From Candidatus Lustribacter sp. (GTDB taxonomy: Bacteria > Vulcanimicrobiota > Vulcanimicrobiia > Vulcanimicrobiales > Vulcanimicrobiaceae): 64,000 nt of DNA. Under the pieces are notes generated by a model. That model saw only the letters and a list, made by a program, of their open reading frames with translations. It was not told the DNA's origin and searched no databases. Location: NCBI GenBank assembly GCA_965277805.1, contig OZ255842.1:4640001-4704000 (forward strand), written 5' to 3'. This document shows positions 18,312-28,167 of the stretch, one piece after another. Every line of letters starts with the position of its first letter. Within the stretch, counting starts at the first letter, position 1. The translations under genes and the position numbers were made by a program.

Positions 18312-19145
18312 TTAGATCGCAGCGGCCAACGCGGGTTCTCCGGCATGGACGAAGTCGCCGCCGAGCAAACCGAAGAGTTCGCGCTCGGGGATCGGCGTCG
18401 GAATCGAACACGGCACGCCGTCGAGCATGCGTTGCGCGAGGTCCATCCAGGGTGCGCCGAGTTCGCCGCTCGGATCGATGTCGAAGACCGTGCGTGCGGT
18501 GAGGCGGCTGCGGCGGACGCCGTCGTGCTCGGGTATCGCGGCCAGCACGACCGTACCAATGCGCTCCGCAAACGGCCCGACGAGGGCGGTATCGCTCGCG
18601 CGGTTGGCGACGATCCCGGCCAGCATCCCCCCGCCGCTCTTCTGCTTGATCCCGATCGCGGTCGCAATGCGGTTGGCGGCGAAGATCGAATCGAAGTCGT
18701 TGGTCGCCACGATGATCACTTGCTCGCTGTGCTGCAGCGGCGCCGAGAAACCGCCGCACACCACGTCGCCGAGGACGTCGAAGACCTGGATCTCGTAGTC
18801 TTGGTAGACGCCGAACTTCTCCAGCAGCTTGACCGTTTCGCCGACGACGTATCCGCCGCACCCGGCGCCCGCGGGCGGGCCGCCCGACTCGACGCAATCG
18901 ACGCCGAACTTGCCGGGGAAGATGATCTCCTCGCGCTCGATCTCTTCGGCCTTGAATTTGTAGGACGAGAGGACCTCGACGACCGTTGGGATCAACGAGC
19001 CCGTAAGCGTAAACGTCGAATCGTGCTTGGGATCGCAGCCGACCTGAATCGTCTTCTTGCCGAGACGCCCGAATGCAGCCGAGAGGTTCGACGAGAACGT
19101 GCTTTTTCCGATGCCGCCCTTGCCATAGACTGCGATTTTGAGCAT
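18312..19145 (-). CDS. bchL: Dark-operative protochlorophyllide reductase iron protein
   Basis: [24 protein letters not shown] and [15 protein letters not shown]. Confidence 0.96.
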   Translation of the reverse strand: MLKIAVYGKGGIGKSTFSSNLSAAFGRLGKKTIQVGCDPKHDSTFTLTGSLIPTVVEVLSSYKFKAEEIEREEIIFPGKFGVDCVESGGPPAGAGCGGYVVGETVKLLEKFGVYQDYEIQVFDVLGDVVCGGFSAPLQHSEQVIIVATNDFDSIFAANRIATAIGIKQKSGGGMLAGIVANRASDTALVGPFAERIGTVVLAAIPEHDGVRRSRLTARTVFDIDPSGELGAPWMDLAQRMLDGVPCSIPTPIPERELFGLLGGDFVHAGEPALAAAI

Positions 19146-19173
19146 AGAGTCCCCCCGTAAGCCGTCCTCATCA

Positions 19174-19244
19174 ACGTTACTGCCGGGTGCGGGGAGGGGC
19201 GGTGATAGCCGTCACCCGCTCGCCCCAGAGAAGTGCGCTAGGGT
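19174..19244. promoter_or_regulatory. Bidirectional promoter with a central CRP-type box (bchL / hemE)
   Basis: GGTGATAGCCGTCACC at 19201-19216. Minus-strand -10 TAACGT lies 21 nt away (19179-19174); plus-strand -10 TAGGGT lies 22 nt away (19239-19244). Confidence 0.75.
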
Positions 19245-19250
19245 GGGACG

Positions 19251-20255
19251 TTGAGTTTCTTAGAAGCCGCTCGCGGCGTCTCGGAGGAGCGGGCGCCGAT
19301 CTGGCTCATGCGTCAGGCCGGGCGGTATCTGCCCGAGTACCTGGCGGTGAAAGCCAAGTCGTCGTTCCTCGAGATGACACGCACGCCGGCGATCGCGGCC
19401 GAGATCACGCTGCAGCCGCTGCGGCGCTTTCCGCTCGACGCCGCGATCATCTTCAGCGACATCATGACGCCGCTCGAAGCCCTCGGCATCGACATCACCT
19501 TCAACCCCGGTCCCTCGATCGCAAAGCCGCTCCGTTCGGCGGCCGCGATCGAAGCGCTCGCGCTGCGCGACGAGGTCGCTCCTTTCGTCGGCGATGCGCT
19601 GCGGATCGTGCGGGCGGAACTCGCCCCCGAGGTCGCACTCATCGGCTTCGGCGGCACGCCGCTCACCCTCGCGACCTACCTGGTCGAGGGCGGCGGCAGC
19701 AAGGAGTACGCGCACTTCCGGCAGTTCTTGCGCCGCGAGCCGGCCGCGTTGCATCTCTTGCTGGACAAACTCACTGAACTCTCGATCGTCTATCTGCGCA
19801 TGCAAATCGCGGCCGGGGCCGATGCGATCCAGCTCTTCGACAGCTGGGCCGGCCTGCACGATGAGGACGTGTATCGCGAGTTCGGTCTGCCCTACTGCAA
19901 GCGCATCATGGACGCGTTGGCCGATACCGGTGCGGTGCGCATGTTCTTCGCGCTCGGCGCGGCACACCTGATGGACGCGGTGGCCGAAGTTCCGGCCGAA
20001 GTCGTGAGCGTCGATTGGCGCACCGACCTGCGCACGGCCCGCGCGCGAATGCCCGGGCGCACGCTGCAAGGCAATCTCGATCCGGCGATGCTCTACGCGG
20101 ACCGCGCGACGCTCGCGGCCGAGGCGCAGCGGATCCTGCGTTCCGGACTCGGCGGCGCGCACATCTTCAATCTCGGCCACGGAATCTGGCCGGACACGCC
20201 GATCGACGCGGTGGCGCACCTGATCGACACCGTGCACGCCTTCAAGCGCGAATGA
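19251..20255 (+). CDS. hemE: Uroporphyrinogen decarboxylase
   Basis: PIWLMRQAGRYLPEY, DAAIIFSDI and FNLGHGI. Confidence 0.96.
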   Translation: MSFLEAARGVSEERAPIWLMRQAGRYLPEYLAVKAKSSFLEMTRTPAIAAEITLQPLRRFPLDAAIIFSDIMTPLEALGIDITFNPGPSIAKPLRSAAAIEALALRDEVAPFVGDALRIVRAELAPEVALIGFGGTPLTLATYLVEGGGSKEYAHFRQFLRREPAALHLLLDKLTELSIVYLRMQIAAGADAIQLFDSWAGLHDEDVYREFGLPYCKRIMDALADTGAVRMFFALGAAHLMDAVAEVPAEVVSVDWRTDLRTARARMPGRTLQGNLDPAMLYADRATLAAEAQRILRSGLGGAHIFNLGHGIWPDTPIDAVAHLIDTVHAFKRE

Positions 20256-21271
20256 GCGGGGATTCGGAGGCCGTGCGCTCGCGCGTCACGGCGTTGGTGA
20301 CCGAACTGCAAGAGGCGATTTGCGCGCGCGTCGTCGCGCTGGAGCACGCTCAGGGGGGCGCGCGGGCACCGGGTGCGTTTTTCGTCGACGCATGGGAGAG
20401 TTCGGCCGATCCCGACCGCATCAGCGGCGGCGGTTCGACGCGCGTCATCGCGGACGGCGCGGTCTTCGAAAAAGGCGGCGTCAACACGTCGGTCGTCACG
20501 GGAACGCGACTGCCGCCGAGCGTGACCGCCCAACGTCCCGAACTCGACGGTCACGGTTTTTTCGCGGCCGGCGTCAGCGTTGTGCTGCATCCGTGGAATC
20601 CGTACGCTCCGACCGCACACTGCAACTTCCGCTACTTCGAAACGCAGGCACCCGACGGATCGCGCGGCGCGTGGTGGTTCGGCGGCGGCGCCGATCTGAC
20701 ACCGTACTATCCCGATCTCGCGGACGTGCGGCACTTTCACGGCACGCTGCGCGCCGCGTGCGACCGTCACGACGCGCTGTTCTATCCGGCCTTCAAAGCG
20801 TGGTGCGACCGCTACTTCTACCTCAAGCATCGCGCGGAGACGCGCGGCGTCGGCGGGATCTTCTACGACTACCTCGATGCGGCGGGCTTCGGCGAGTGGG
20901 GCGAACGGACGCCCTTCGCGCAACCGCGCTCGTTCGATGCGCTGCTCGCCTTCATGCACGATGCCGGCAGCGCGTTTGCCGATGCGTACGCGCCGCTCGT
21001 CGAACGGCACGCTGCCGATGCGTATAGCGAACGCGAGCGCGCCTTTCAGTTGCTGCGCCGCGGCCGCTACGTCGAGTTCAATCTCGTCTACGACCGCGGC
21101 ACGCATTTCGGTTTGCAGAGCGGCGGCCGCACCGAATCGATTCTGATGTCGTTGCCGCCCCTGGTGCGCTGGGCGTACGACGAACAACCCGCACCCGGCG
21201 GCGCGGAGGCGGCGCTCGCGGCGTACTTGCGGCCGCGCGACTGGTTCGCCGAGGATCCGTTCTCGTCATGA
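20252..21271 (+). CDS. hemF: Oxygen-dependent coproporphyrinogen III oxidase
   Basis: FEKGGVN, WWFGGGADLTP and RRGRYVEFNLVYDRGT.FGL. Confidence 0.96.
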   Translation: MSGDSEAVRSRVTALVTELQEAICARVVALEHAQGGARAPGAFFVDAWESSADPDRISGGGSTRVIADGAVFEKGGVNTSVVTGTRLPPSVTAQRPELDGHGFFAAGVSVVLHPWNPYAPTAHCNFRYFETQAPDGSRGAWWFGGGADLTPYYPDLADVRHFHGTLRAACDRHDALFYPAFKAWCDRYFYLKHRAETRGVGGIFYDYLDAAGFGEWGERTPFAQPRSFDALLAFMHDAGSAFADAYAPLVERHAADAYSERERAFQLLRRGRYVEFNLVYDRGTHFGLQSGGRTESILMSLPPLVRWAYDEQPAPGGAEAALAAYLRPRDWFAEDPFSS

Positions 21272-22290
21272 CGCGTCAAGCGATCCTGCTCGTCAATCTG
21301 GGTTCGCCGGCGTCGCCGAGTCCGGAAGACGTGAAGCCGTATCTCGATGAGTTTTTGATGGATCCCTACGTGCTCGACATCCCCACGCCGTTGCGCGCGT
21401 TGCTGGTGCGCGGGCTGATCCTCAACACGCGTCCGCGCGCGACCGGCGCTGCGTATGCAAAGATTTGGACGAGCGAAGGATCGCCGCTGATCGTGATGTC
21501 GCGGCACGCGCAACGCGCGCTCGAGGTTGAGCTCCATCTGCCGGTGGGACTTGCGATGCGCTACGGCGCACCATCGATTGCGCAAGGCCTCGCGGAACTA
21601 CGGCAACGCGCAGGTGAGATCGACGACCTGATCGTGGTGCCGATGTACCCGCACTACGCGATGGCCTCGACGAAGACCGTCGAGGTTGCGGTTGAGGCGG
21701 CCCTCGCGGGGAGCGGTCTGCCGCACCGCTTCGTCGGACCGTTCTTCGACGATCCGGCGTATTTGGAAGCGCTGGCCGCGAAGGCACGCGCGAGGATCCC
21801 GGCCGGCACGCAATACGTGCTCTTCAGCTATCACGGCATCCCGCAGCGTCATCTGCGCAAGGTCGATCCGAGCGGCTCGCACTGTCTCGCAACGATCGAT
21901 TGCTGTGAGCGGCCCTCGATCGCGCATGCGACGTGCTACAGGCATCAGATCATCGGCACGACGGAAGGCGTTGCGCGGCGACTCGGGCTGCAGCGCAATG
22001 AGTACGGGTTCGCGTTTCAGTCGCGCCTCGGCGGTGGCTGGCTCGAACCGTTCACGGATAAGGAACTGCTCGCCTATCCGGCCCGCGGCATCACGCGCTT
22101 GGCCGTGATCTGTCCGTCGTTCGTTGCGGATTGTCTCGAGACGCTCGAGGAAATCGCAATCCGCGGACGCACGTCCTTCCTCGCGGCGGGCGGTGAAGCG
22201 TTCACCTACGTGCCGTGCTTGAACGACGATCCGGCCTGGATCGCGGCGCTGGCCGCGTTGTGCCGCAAGACGGCGACCGTGGCTGCGTGA
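21268..22290 (+). CDS. hemH: Ferrochelatase with Cys-rich insertion
   Basis: LLVNLGSP, FSYHGIP, FQSR and FVADCLETLEEI. Confidence 0.96.
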   Translation: MTRQAILLVNLGSPASPSPEDVKPYLDEFLMDPYVLDIPTPLRALLVRGLILNTRPRATGAAYAKIWTSEGSPLIVMSRHAQRALEVELHLPVGLAMRYGAPSIAQGLAELRQRAGEIDDLIVVPMYPHYAMASTKTVEVAVEAALAGSGLPHRFVGPFFDDPAYLEALAAKARARIPAGTQYVLFSYHGIPQRHLRKVDPSGSHCLATIDCCERPSIAHATCYRHQIIGTTEGVARRLGLQRNEYGFAFQSRLGGGWLEPFTDKELLAYPARGITRLAVICPSFVADCLETLEEIAIRGRTSFLAAGGEAFTYVPCLNDDPAWIAALAALCRKTATVAA

Positions 22291-23612
22291 GCACGATCGC
22301 GATCGTCGGCGGCGGTATTGCCGGTTTGACGGCGGCGTTCACTTTGAGCTCCGAACACGACGTTGTCGTTTTCGAGTCCGAGGCCGTGGCCGGCGGCAAG
22401 ATCCGTTCGCAACAACTGGACGGATTTCTCTTCGAATGGGGTCCGAGCGGCTTTCTTTCGAACGCTCAAGAGCTGAGTGCGCTGGCGGCCGAACTCGAAT
22501 TAACCGGCGCCGTCGTCGACGCGCGTCCCGAAGCGAAGAGCCGTTTCATCTATTGGGACGGCAAGCTGCACAAACTCCCGACGAAGCCACCCGAGATCTT
22601 TTCGATGTCGTTGTTGTCGGGGGGCGGAAAGCTGCGCGCGATCCGCGAGTTGTTCGTTCCGCGCCGCGCCGCATCCGACACCGATGATGAGAGCGTCTAT
22701 GCGTTCATGGCGCGGCGCTTCGGCAACGAAGTCGCCGAGCGCATCGCCACACCGGCACTTCTCGGCGTGAGCGGTGGCAATGCGGCAAGCACGAGCCTAG
22801 CGGCGGTCTTCCCGCGCTTGCCGGAACTCGAACGCGAACGCGGATCCGTGATTCGCGGTATGGTGCGCGGGAGCCGAACAGGATCGCAGATGCGCAGCTT
22901 CGCCGGCAGCGGCATGCAGCGTCTGACCGATCGGCTGGCGGAACACTTGGGCGATCGCGTGCAACTCGGCACGGCGGTCACGCGGATCGAACCCGACGGC
23001 GCCGGCTGGCGCATCGTTCACGAACGCGGCGAAGCCGTGGCCGACCGCGTCGTCGTCGCGGTGCCGGCGTACGCTGCAGCCGGAATGGTCGCCGGCTTCG
23101 ATGCGGAGCTCGCCGGAGGGTTGGGCGAGATCGCCTACGCTCCGATGCGCGTCATCGGCGTGGGCTTTCGCCGCGACGACGTCTCCGAACCGCTCGACGG
23201 ATTCGGATTTCTGGCCGCACGTGGCTGCGGCGTGCGCATCCTCGGCGCAACCTACACCTCGTCGATGCTGCCCGAACAAGCCCCGCCGGACACCGTTTAC
23301 ATCCGCATCTTCATGGGCGGCGCCGCCGACCCCACCGCCGCGCTACTCGACGCCGAAATGGCGCGAACCATCGCGCTCGCGGATCTCGCCACGACCCTCG
23401 GCATCACCGCCGTCCCAACCGCCTACCACGAAACCATCTGGCAAAACGCGATCCCGCAATACGCACTCGGCCACCGCCAACGTATCCAAACAATCGAACA
23501 ACGCACGCTCGCGCATTCAGGCCTCGGACTCACCGGCAATGCCTACCACGGCCTCGGCGTAAACGACACCATCCGCGACGCCCGCACCGTCGCCCAAAGA
23601 ATCGGAACCTGA
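22287..23612 (+). CDS. hemY: Protoporphyrinogen oxidase (HemY/PgoX type)
   Basis: GGGIAGL FAD motif, GGKIRS, FEWGP, GFGFL and IPQY. Confidence 0.92.
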   Translation: MSTIAIVGGGIAGLTAAFTLSSEHDVVVFESEAVAGGKIRSQQLDGFLFEWGPSGFLSNAQELSALAAELELTGAVVDARPEAKSRFIYWDGKLHKLPTKPPEIFSMSLLSGGGKLRAIRELFVPRRAASDTDDESVYAFMARRFGNEVAERIATPALLGVSGGNAASTSLAAVFPRLPELERERGSVIRGMVRGSRTGSQMRSFAGSGMQRLTDRLAEHLGDRVQLGTAVTRIEPDGAGWRIVHERGEAVADRVVVAVPAYAAAGMVAGFDAELAGGLGEIAYAPMRVIGVGFRRDDVSEPLDGFGFLAARGCGVRILGATYTSSMLPEQAPPDTVYIRIFMGGAADPTAALLDAEMARTIALADLATTLGITAVPTAYHETIWQNAIPQYALGHRQRIQTIEQRTLAHSGLGLTGNAYHGLGVNDTIRDARTVAQRIGT

Positions 23613-23619
23613 CTCGTCG

Positions 23620-23765
23620 TTGTCATTCCGAAGGGAGCGCCGAACCCGGGAGTGCGCTGACCATCGTGATAGCTCTGCCACGTTAGGGCGTTGCCCTGGC
23701 ATCTGCAAAGGATGGTGGCGGGTTCCTCGTCTCCGCGCCATTCGGCGCTTCGCTCGGGATGACAA
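23620..23765. repeat. About 145-bp element with REP-related inverted ends
   Basis: TTGTCATTCCGA...TCGGGATGACAA between convergent hemY and ccsA. Confidence 0.6.
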
Positions 23766-23768
23766 AAG

Positions 23769-24758
23769 TTACATTTTGTAGCTGTGGAGGCCGCTGATCC
23801 AGATGTTGACGCCGAGATAGCAGAACATGATCGAGGCGAAGCCGATGATGCTGATCCAGGCGCTGCGCTCGCCGCGCCACGCGTTGCGCGTGTGCAAGTG
23901 CGCGAAGGATGCGTAGATGATCCACGAGAGCAGCGCGGCGGTTTCTTTCGGATCCCACGACCAGTAAGCGCCCCAGGCTTCGTTCGCCCACATGGCGCCC
24001 GTGATGATGCCGACGCTGAGCAGTACGAGGCCGATTGTGATGATGCGATAAGTGAGCATGTCGAGGCGCGCGAGTGACGGCAATCCGGCCAGCCACACCG
24101 CGAACGGATCCCCGGCGGCGGCTGCTGCGGTAACCGCCGGTGTCCCGGTGTGCGCTTCGCTTGCCTGCAGCGTCTCCACCGGCGGTGCGGCGACCGACAT
24201 GCTCACGGTTCCCGCGCCCGCGGCGTTCGCGCGGATCACGCGCGTGCCCGATGAGAAACGGCGTTCGCCGTAGGCTTTGAGCAAGTAGAGGCACGAGACC
24301 ACGAAGGCGACCATGAACGAGGCGTAGGACGTCACGACGATCGGCACGTGGACTTTGATCCAATACGACTGCAGCGCGGGCACCGCGGGCATGTAGCCCT
24401 CGTTCCAGGTGGTCGCGTAGCCGAACGCGATCGCGCTGATGCCGAGCACGCCGCCGCCGATCAGCCACAGGTCGTACTTCTTCGCGAAAATGATGTAGAT
24501 CAGCACGCCGAGGCCGCTGAAGAGCGAGAGCGATCCGTAGAGGTTGGTCAGCGGCCACACGCCGGTCATGTTCCAGCGCGTGCCGAGCTCGGCGAACTGC
24601 GCGAGGCATGCGAGGCATGCCAACACGGCACCGACCCGTTGGAGCAGCGGCGTGCGGAGCAAGAAGTAGGCCATCAAGACGAGCGTTCCGACCACGTAGG
24701 CCGCGAGCGTGAACACGACCAGATCGTGGTCGATGGCAACCTTAAGCGGATCGAGCAT
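23769..24758 (-). CDS. ccsA: Cytochrome c biogenesis protein CcsA/ResC
   Basis: PALQSYWIKVHV and the WWD motif GAMWANEAWGAYWSWDPKET. Confidence 0.95.
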   Translation of the reverse strand: MLDPLKVAIDHDLVVFTLAAYVVGTLVLMAYFLLRTPLLQRVGAVLACLACLAQFAELGTRWNMTGVWPLTNLYGSLSLFSGLGVLIYIIFAKKYDLWLIGGGVLGISAIAFGYATTWNEGYMPAVPALQSYWIKVHVPIVVTSYASFMVAFVVSCLYLLKAYGERRFSSGTRVIRANAAGAGTVSMSVAAPPVETLQASEAHTGTPAVTAAAAAGDPFAVWLAGLPSLARLDMLTYRIITIGLVLLSVGIITGAMWANEAWGAYWSWDPKETAALLSWIIYASFAHLHTRNAWRGERSAWISIIGFASIMFCYLGVNIWISGLHSYKM

Positions 24759-24767
24759 GCTGGTGTC

Positions 24768-26153
24768 CTAACTGGCCTGAGGCGTGCGACGCAGGGCTTC
24801 GACGATCTCGCGGAAGCTGTCCTCGAAGATATCGTAGCCTTTTACGGTAGTGGCGGCAATGCCGACGGTCCAGGAGCGGGCCGCACCGGTCACCACCACG
24901 TAAAGCCGGGCGGGCGTGAAATAAAACGAGATGCACAGCCCCAGCACCAAGACGATCGAACCGATGAGTACCAGCGGAATGCCAGGGTCGTAACGGTACT
25001 GGAATCCGGAATACAACGTATATTTCTGGGGCGTCAGCGCGTAGCCGGCACCGAGATCGAACGGTTTTCCAAGCGGAACCAGGACGCTGCCGAGGGCGGT
25101 GTCGCTGTCGAATGCCTCGAGCACGACGCCCGGATTGTTCGGCCGCGGATCGGGCCCGGCCTGACCCGTAGCGGGATCGATCGTGCCGACGAACGAGCGG
25201 TACTGGATCGCGCGCGTCGTGCCGGGAATCTCGAACGCCTCGCCCTCTTTGATCGGGGTGTCGGGAGGTCCGGCCGTGACGCGGCCGTCTTTCGTGAGCA
25301 CGAACGTGATTGCGAAACCGTACGTGGCTTGATAGATCTTGACGCCGTCTTCATCGTAGGGCAGGTTGACGCGGATCACCGCATCGCGCGGGACGCCGTC
25401 TTTGCCGGTGACGATCGCGTGCGAGACGTAGTCGATCGGCTGATAGACGGTGCCGCTCTTCGTCGCGACGGGCTGGATCTGATAGCCGAACTGTTTGAGC
25501 GCGACGGTCGCGCCGGTTTGCGGGATCGTGCCCTTGGTGCCCGAGAGCACGGCGAACGTTCCCATGTAGCCGCTCGCCCAGTAGATCGTCGTGCCCGCGG
25601 CGATGATCACGAAGCCCACGTGCGCGACGAGCACGCCGCGGCGCGCCCAGTTGTGCTTGTCGATGAACGACCACTCTTCGCCGCCGAATTCGCGCTTGCG
25701 AATCTGCCAGCCGCGTTCGCTGAAGAACTTCTGCACGCGCGCGCGCACGTCGCTTTCCTCGCCTTCGACGCTGACGTTCGCGTTCAAAGCGATCTTGTCG
25801 ATCTTCACCGGGCGCAACGCGGGCAAGCGCGCGGGAATGACGCGGCGGAAGGTGGCGACCGTCATCGAGATCAGGATCAAGCCGATGATCCCGATGTAGG
25901 CCGGCGAGTGGTAGATGTTGTCCATGTGCAGGCGCAGGACGACGCGCGCCAGCAGCGGCGAGTAGTTTTGCCAGTAGAAATCGTTGCCTTTGCCCTGGTC
26001 GACCACGACGCCGATCAGCGTCAGCACGCCCCACACGGCGAACAGCGACACCGCGAAGAGTATGTTCGCGAAGAGAATCAGGAACTCGTTGACGAGCTCC
26101 TTGATCCCCGCAACGGCGCGATCGGCTAAGGCGTTAGGGCGGAGCGCTTCCAC
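24768..26153 (-). CDS. resB: Cytochrome c biogenesis protein ResB/Ccs1
   Basis: G...Q, L..DNIYHS, H.G...I..G, IRVN.P....G.KIYQ and DPG; start approximate. Confidence 0.9.
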   Translation of the reverse strand: MEALRPNALADRAVAGIKELVNEFLILFANILFAVSLFAVWGVLTLIGVVVDQGKGNDFYWQNYSPLLARVVLRLHMDNIYHSPAYIGIIGLILISMTVATFRRVIPARLPALRPVKIDKIALNANVSVEGEESDVRARVQKFFSERGWQIRKREFGGEEWSFIDKHNWARRGVLVAHVGFVIIAAGTTIYWASGYMGTFAVLSGTKGTIPQTGATVALKQFGYQIQPVATKSGTVYQPIDYVSHAIVTGKDGVPRDAVIRVNLPYDEDGVKIYQATYGFAITFVLTKDGRVTAGPPDTPIKEGEAFEIPGTTRAIQYRSFVGTIDPATGQAGPDPRPNNPGVVLEAFDSDTALGSVLVPLGKPFDLGAGYALTPQKYTLYSGFQYRYDPGIPLVLIGSIVLVLGLCISFYFTPARLYVVVTGAARSWTVGIAATTVKGYDIFEDSFREIVEALRRTPQAS

Positions 26154-26863
26154 GATTTCTCCAACAGAACGATGATCCAAATCGAGCTCTCGAAGAGTAC
26201 GTACATCGGTCCGGCGAGCAGCATCATCGTGATTGGGCTGCCGTCGGGAGCGAGGACGGCGCCGACGACGAGCATGCCGAAGCCGATGTACTTACGGTAC
26301 GTGCGCAGCATCGTCGAGTTGATAAGACCGATGCGCGCGAGCAAGACCATGATGACCGGCGTTTGGAAGATCAGCGCGAAGGCGAGAAACAGTAAGAGGA
26401 CGAGATTGATCGTCGATTCGATGCCGAACGTGGCCTGCGCGATCGTACCCGTGATGAACAGCAAGCCCCCGATGACGCGCTTGATCACGATGAAGTGCGC
26501 GAACGCGATGCCGGCGGCGGCTAAGAGAATCGACGGCGCGACGTAGATGTAGACGGCTTGGCGCGTTTTCGGATGGATCGCCGGGACGACGAACATCCAC
26601 ACCTGATAGAGGATGACCGGCAAGCCGATCACGATCGCGATGTAAATCGCAAACTTGAAGATCGCCCAGACCGCATCCGCCGGCCCGAACGCGTTGAGCG
26701 TCGTCCCCGGGAAATAGGTGCGCGCGATGATCGGGATCAGTTGCTGCGCGGGCCACAGCGCGAGGATCCCGATGCCGAAGACCGTGCCCACGCAAATGAA
26801 CAGCCGTTGCCGGAGCTCCCGAAGGTGCTCCGTGAACGGCATTTCCTTTTGGTCCCATTCCAC
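26126..26863 (-). CDS. tatC: Twin-arginine translocase TatC
   Basis: EMPFTEHLRELRQRL, YQVW.FV.PA and FQTP. Confidence 0.95.
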   Translation of the reverse strand: MEWDQKEMPFTEHLRELRQRLFICVGTVFGIGILALWPAQQLIPIIARTYFPGTTLNAFGPADAVWAIFKFAIYIAIVIGLPVILYQVWMFVVPAIHPKTRQAVYIYVAPSILLAAAGIAFAHFIVIKRVIGGLLFITGTIAQATFGIESTINLVLLLFLAFALIFQTPVIMVLLARIGLINSTMLRTYRKYIGFGMLVVGAVLAPDGSPITMMLLAGPMYVLFESSIWIIVLLEKSWKRSALTP

Positions 26864-26920
26864 TTCGTCCGGCCCACCGGGGGTGGGCGGAGTGCTCGCC
26901 AGCGTGCTCGCGGGAGACTC

Positions 26921-27190
26921 CTAGCCTGCGTGCGGTGGTTCGGCGGCCGTGGTTCCGGCCGGCGCAGCACCGCTCGGAGCGGTCGTCGTGGCTGCCGCCT
27001 CGACGTTGGCCGTGGCCGCCTTGCGGGCTTCCTCGCGCGCCTTCTCGGCGGCGACGTCGGCCTCGGCCTGTCCGATCATGAACTCTTTTTTCGCCTGTCC
27101 GGCGCTCTTGGCCAATTTCGGCAGCTTGTCGGCTCCGAAGATCAGGATGGCCACGCCGACGACGGCGGCGATCTCCATGGGTGAGAACAT
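26921..27190 (-). CDS. tatA: Twin-arginine translocase TatA
   Basis: LIFGADKLPKLAKSAGQAKKEF. Confidence 0.93.
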   Translation of the reverse strand: MFSPMEIAAVVGVAILIFGADKLPKLAKSAGQAKKEFMIGQAEADVAAEKAREEARKAATANVEAAATTTAPSGAAPAGTTAAEPPHAG

Positions 27191-27201
27191 ATTGGGTACT
27201 C

Positions 27202-28167
27202 CTAGCCTACCAGTAGCGCGTCCGCCACTGCCACAAATTCTGCGCGCGCCGGCGCGTTTCCGATGGGAGCGAGCGAGGCCTTGGCTCGTTCGAGATACTC
27301 GGCGATGAGCGCCTTCGTCTTCTCGAAGCCCCCTTGCCTCGCTATTCCGGCGATCACGCCGGCAATCCGTGCTGGTGTCGTATCGTCGCCGTCGTAGAAA
27401 CGTTCCACGTCGGCGCGAAATTTCTCGTCCCGGCCCGCGAGCGCCAGGATCATCGGGATCGTGACCTTCTTCTCGGTGAGGTCGTTCCCGACGGGTTTAC
27501 CCAGCGCGCTCTCGGTCGAGGTCATGTCGAGCAGATCGTCTTGCATCTGGAACGCGATGCCATAGGCCTGCCCGAACTCGCGCAGCGCGGCGATCTTCAG
27601 CGGCGTGCCGCCGGCCGCATAAGCACCGCACTCGGCCGAACTCGCGAAGAGGCGCGCGGTCTTCTTGGCCGCGATCTCGACGTACTCTGCGACCGTGAGA
27701 TCGAGGTTGCCGAGCGAACGCAGCTGCAGCACCTCGCCGTCGGTGATGTCGGCGAGCGTGGCGCTGAGGATGTGCGGGATCGGATGCGCGTACGTTGCGG
27801 TAACGTTCTTGAAGATCCACGCGAAGAGATAATCGCCGGCCAGCACGCTGACGCGATTGCCGAAGTCGACGGCCGTTGCGTTGACGCCGCGGCGCGTGTC
27901 GGCGTTGTCGACGACGTCGTCGTGTATGAGCGTGGCGACGTGAATGAGTTCCATGTACGCCGCCAGCGCCAAGAAGTCGCGCACTTCAACCGCGCCGCTC
28001 GCCGATGCGCCGAGCAGCGTGAAGCGCGGGCGCAATCGTTTGCCGCCCGCATCGAGCATGCGGCGAACGGCTTCGGTAATCAGCGCGTTGTCGGTTGAAA
28101 ACGAATTGCTGAAGAAATCTTCGACGAGCCCGTACAGATCGGGTTCGGAGGCGATCGGTTCGAGCAC
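27202..28167 (-). CDS. Polyprenyl diphosphate synthase
   Basis: GGKRLRP, LIHDDVVD..RRG, FQMQDDLLD and GKPVGND. Confidence 0.93.
   Translation of the reverse strand: MLEPIASEPDLYGLVEDFFSNSFSTDNALITEAVRRMLDAGGKRLRPRFTLLGASASGAVEVRDFLALAAYMELIHVATLIHDDVVDNADTRRGVNATAVDFGNRVSVLAGDYLFAWIFKNVTATYAHPIPHILSATLADITDGEVLQLRSLGNLDLTVAEYVEIAAKKTARLFASSAECGAYAAGGTPLKIAALREFGQAYGIAFQMQDDLLDMTSTESALGKPVGNDLTEKKVTIPMILALAGRDEKFRADVERFYDGDDTTPARIAGVIAGIARQGGFEKTKALIAEYLERAKASLAPIGNAPARAEFVAVADALLVG

Noticed and set aside
9319-19145. Nitrogenase (nifHDK) interpretation of the NifH-like genes
   Set aside because: Motifs and context identify COR (bchXYZ) and DPOR (bchLNB).
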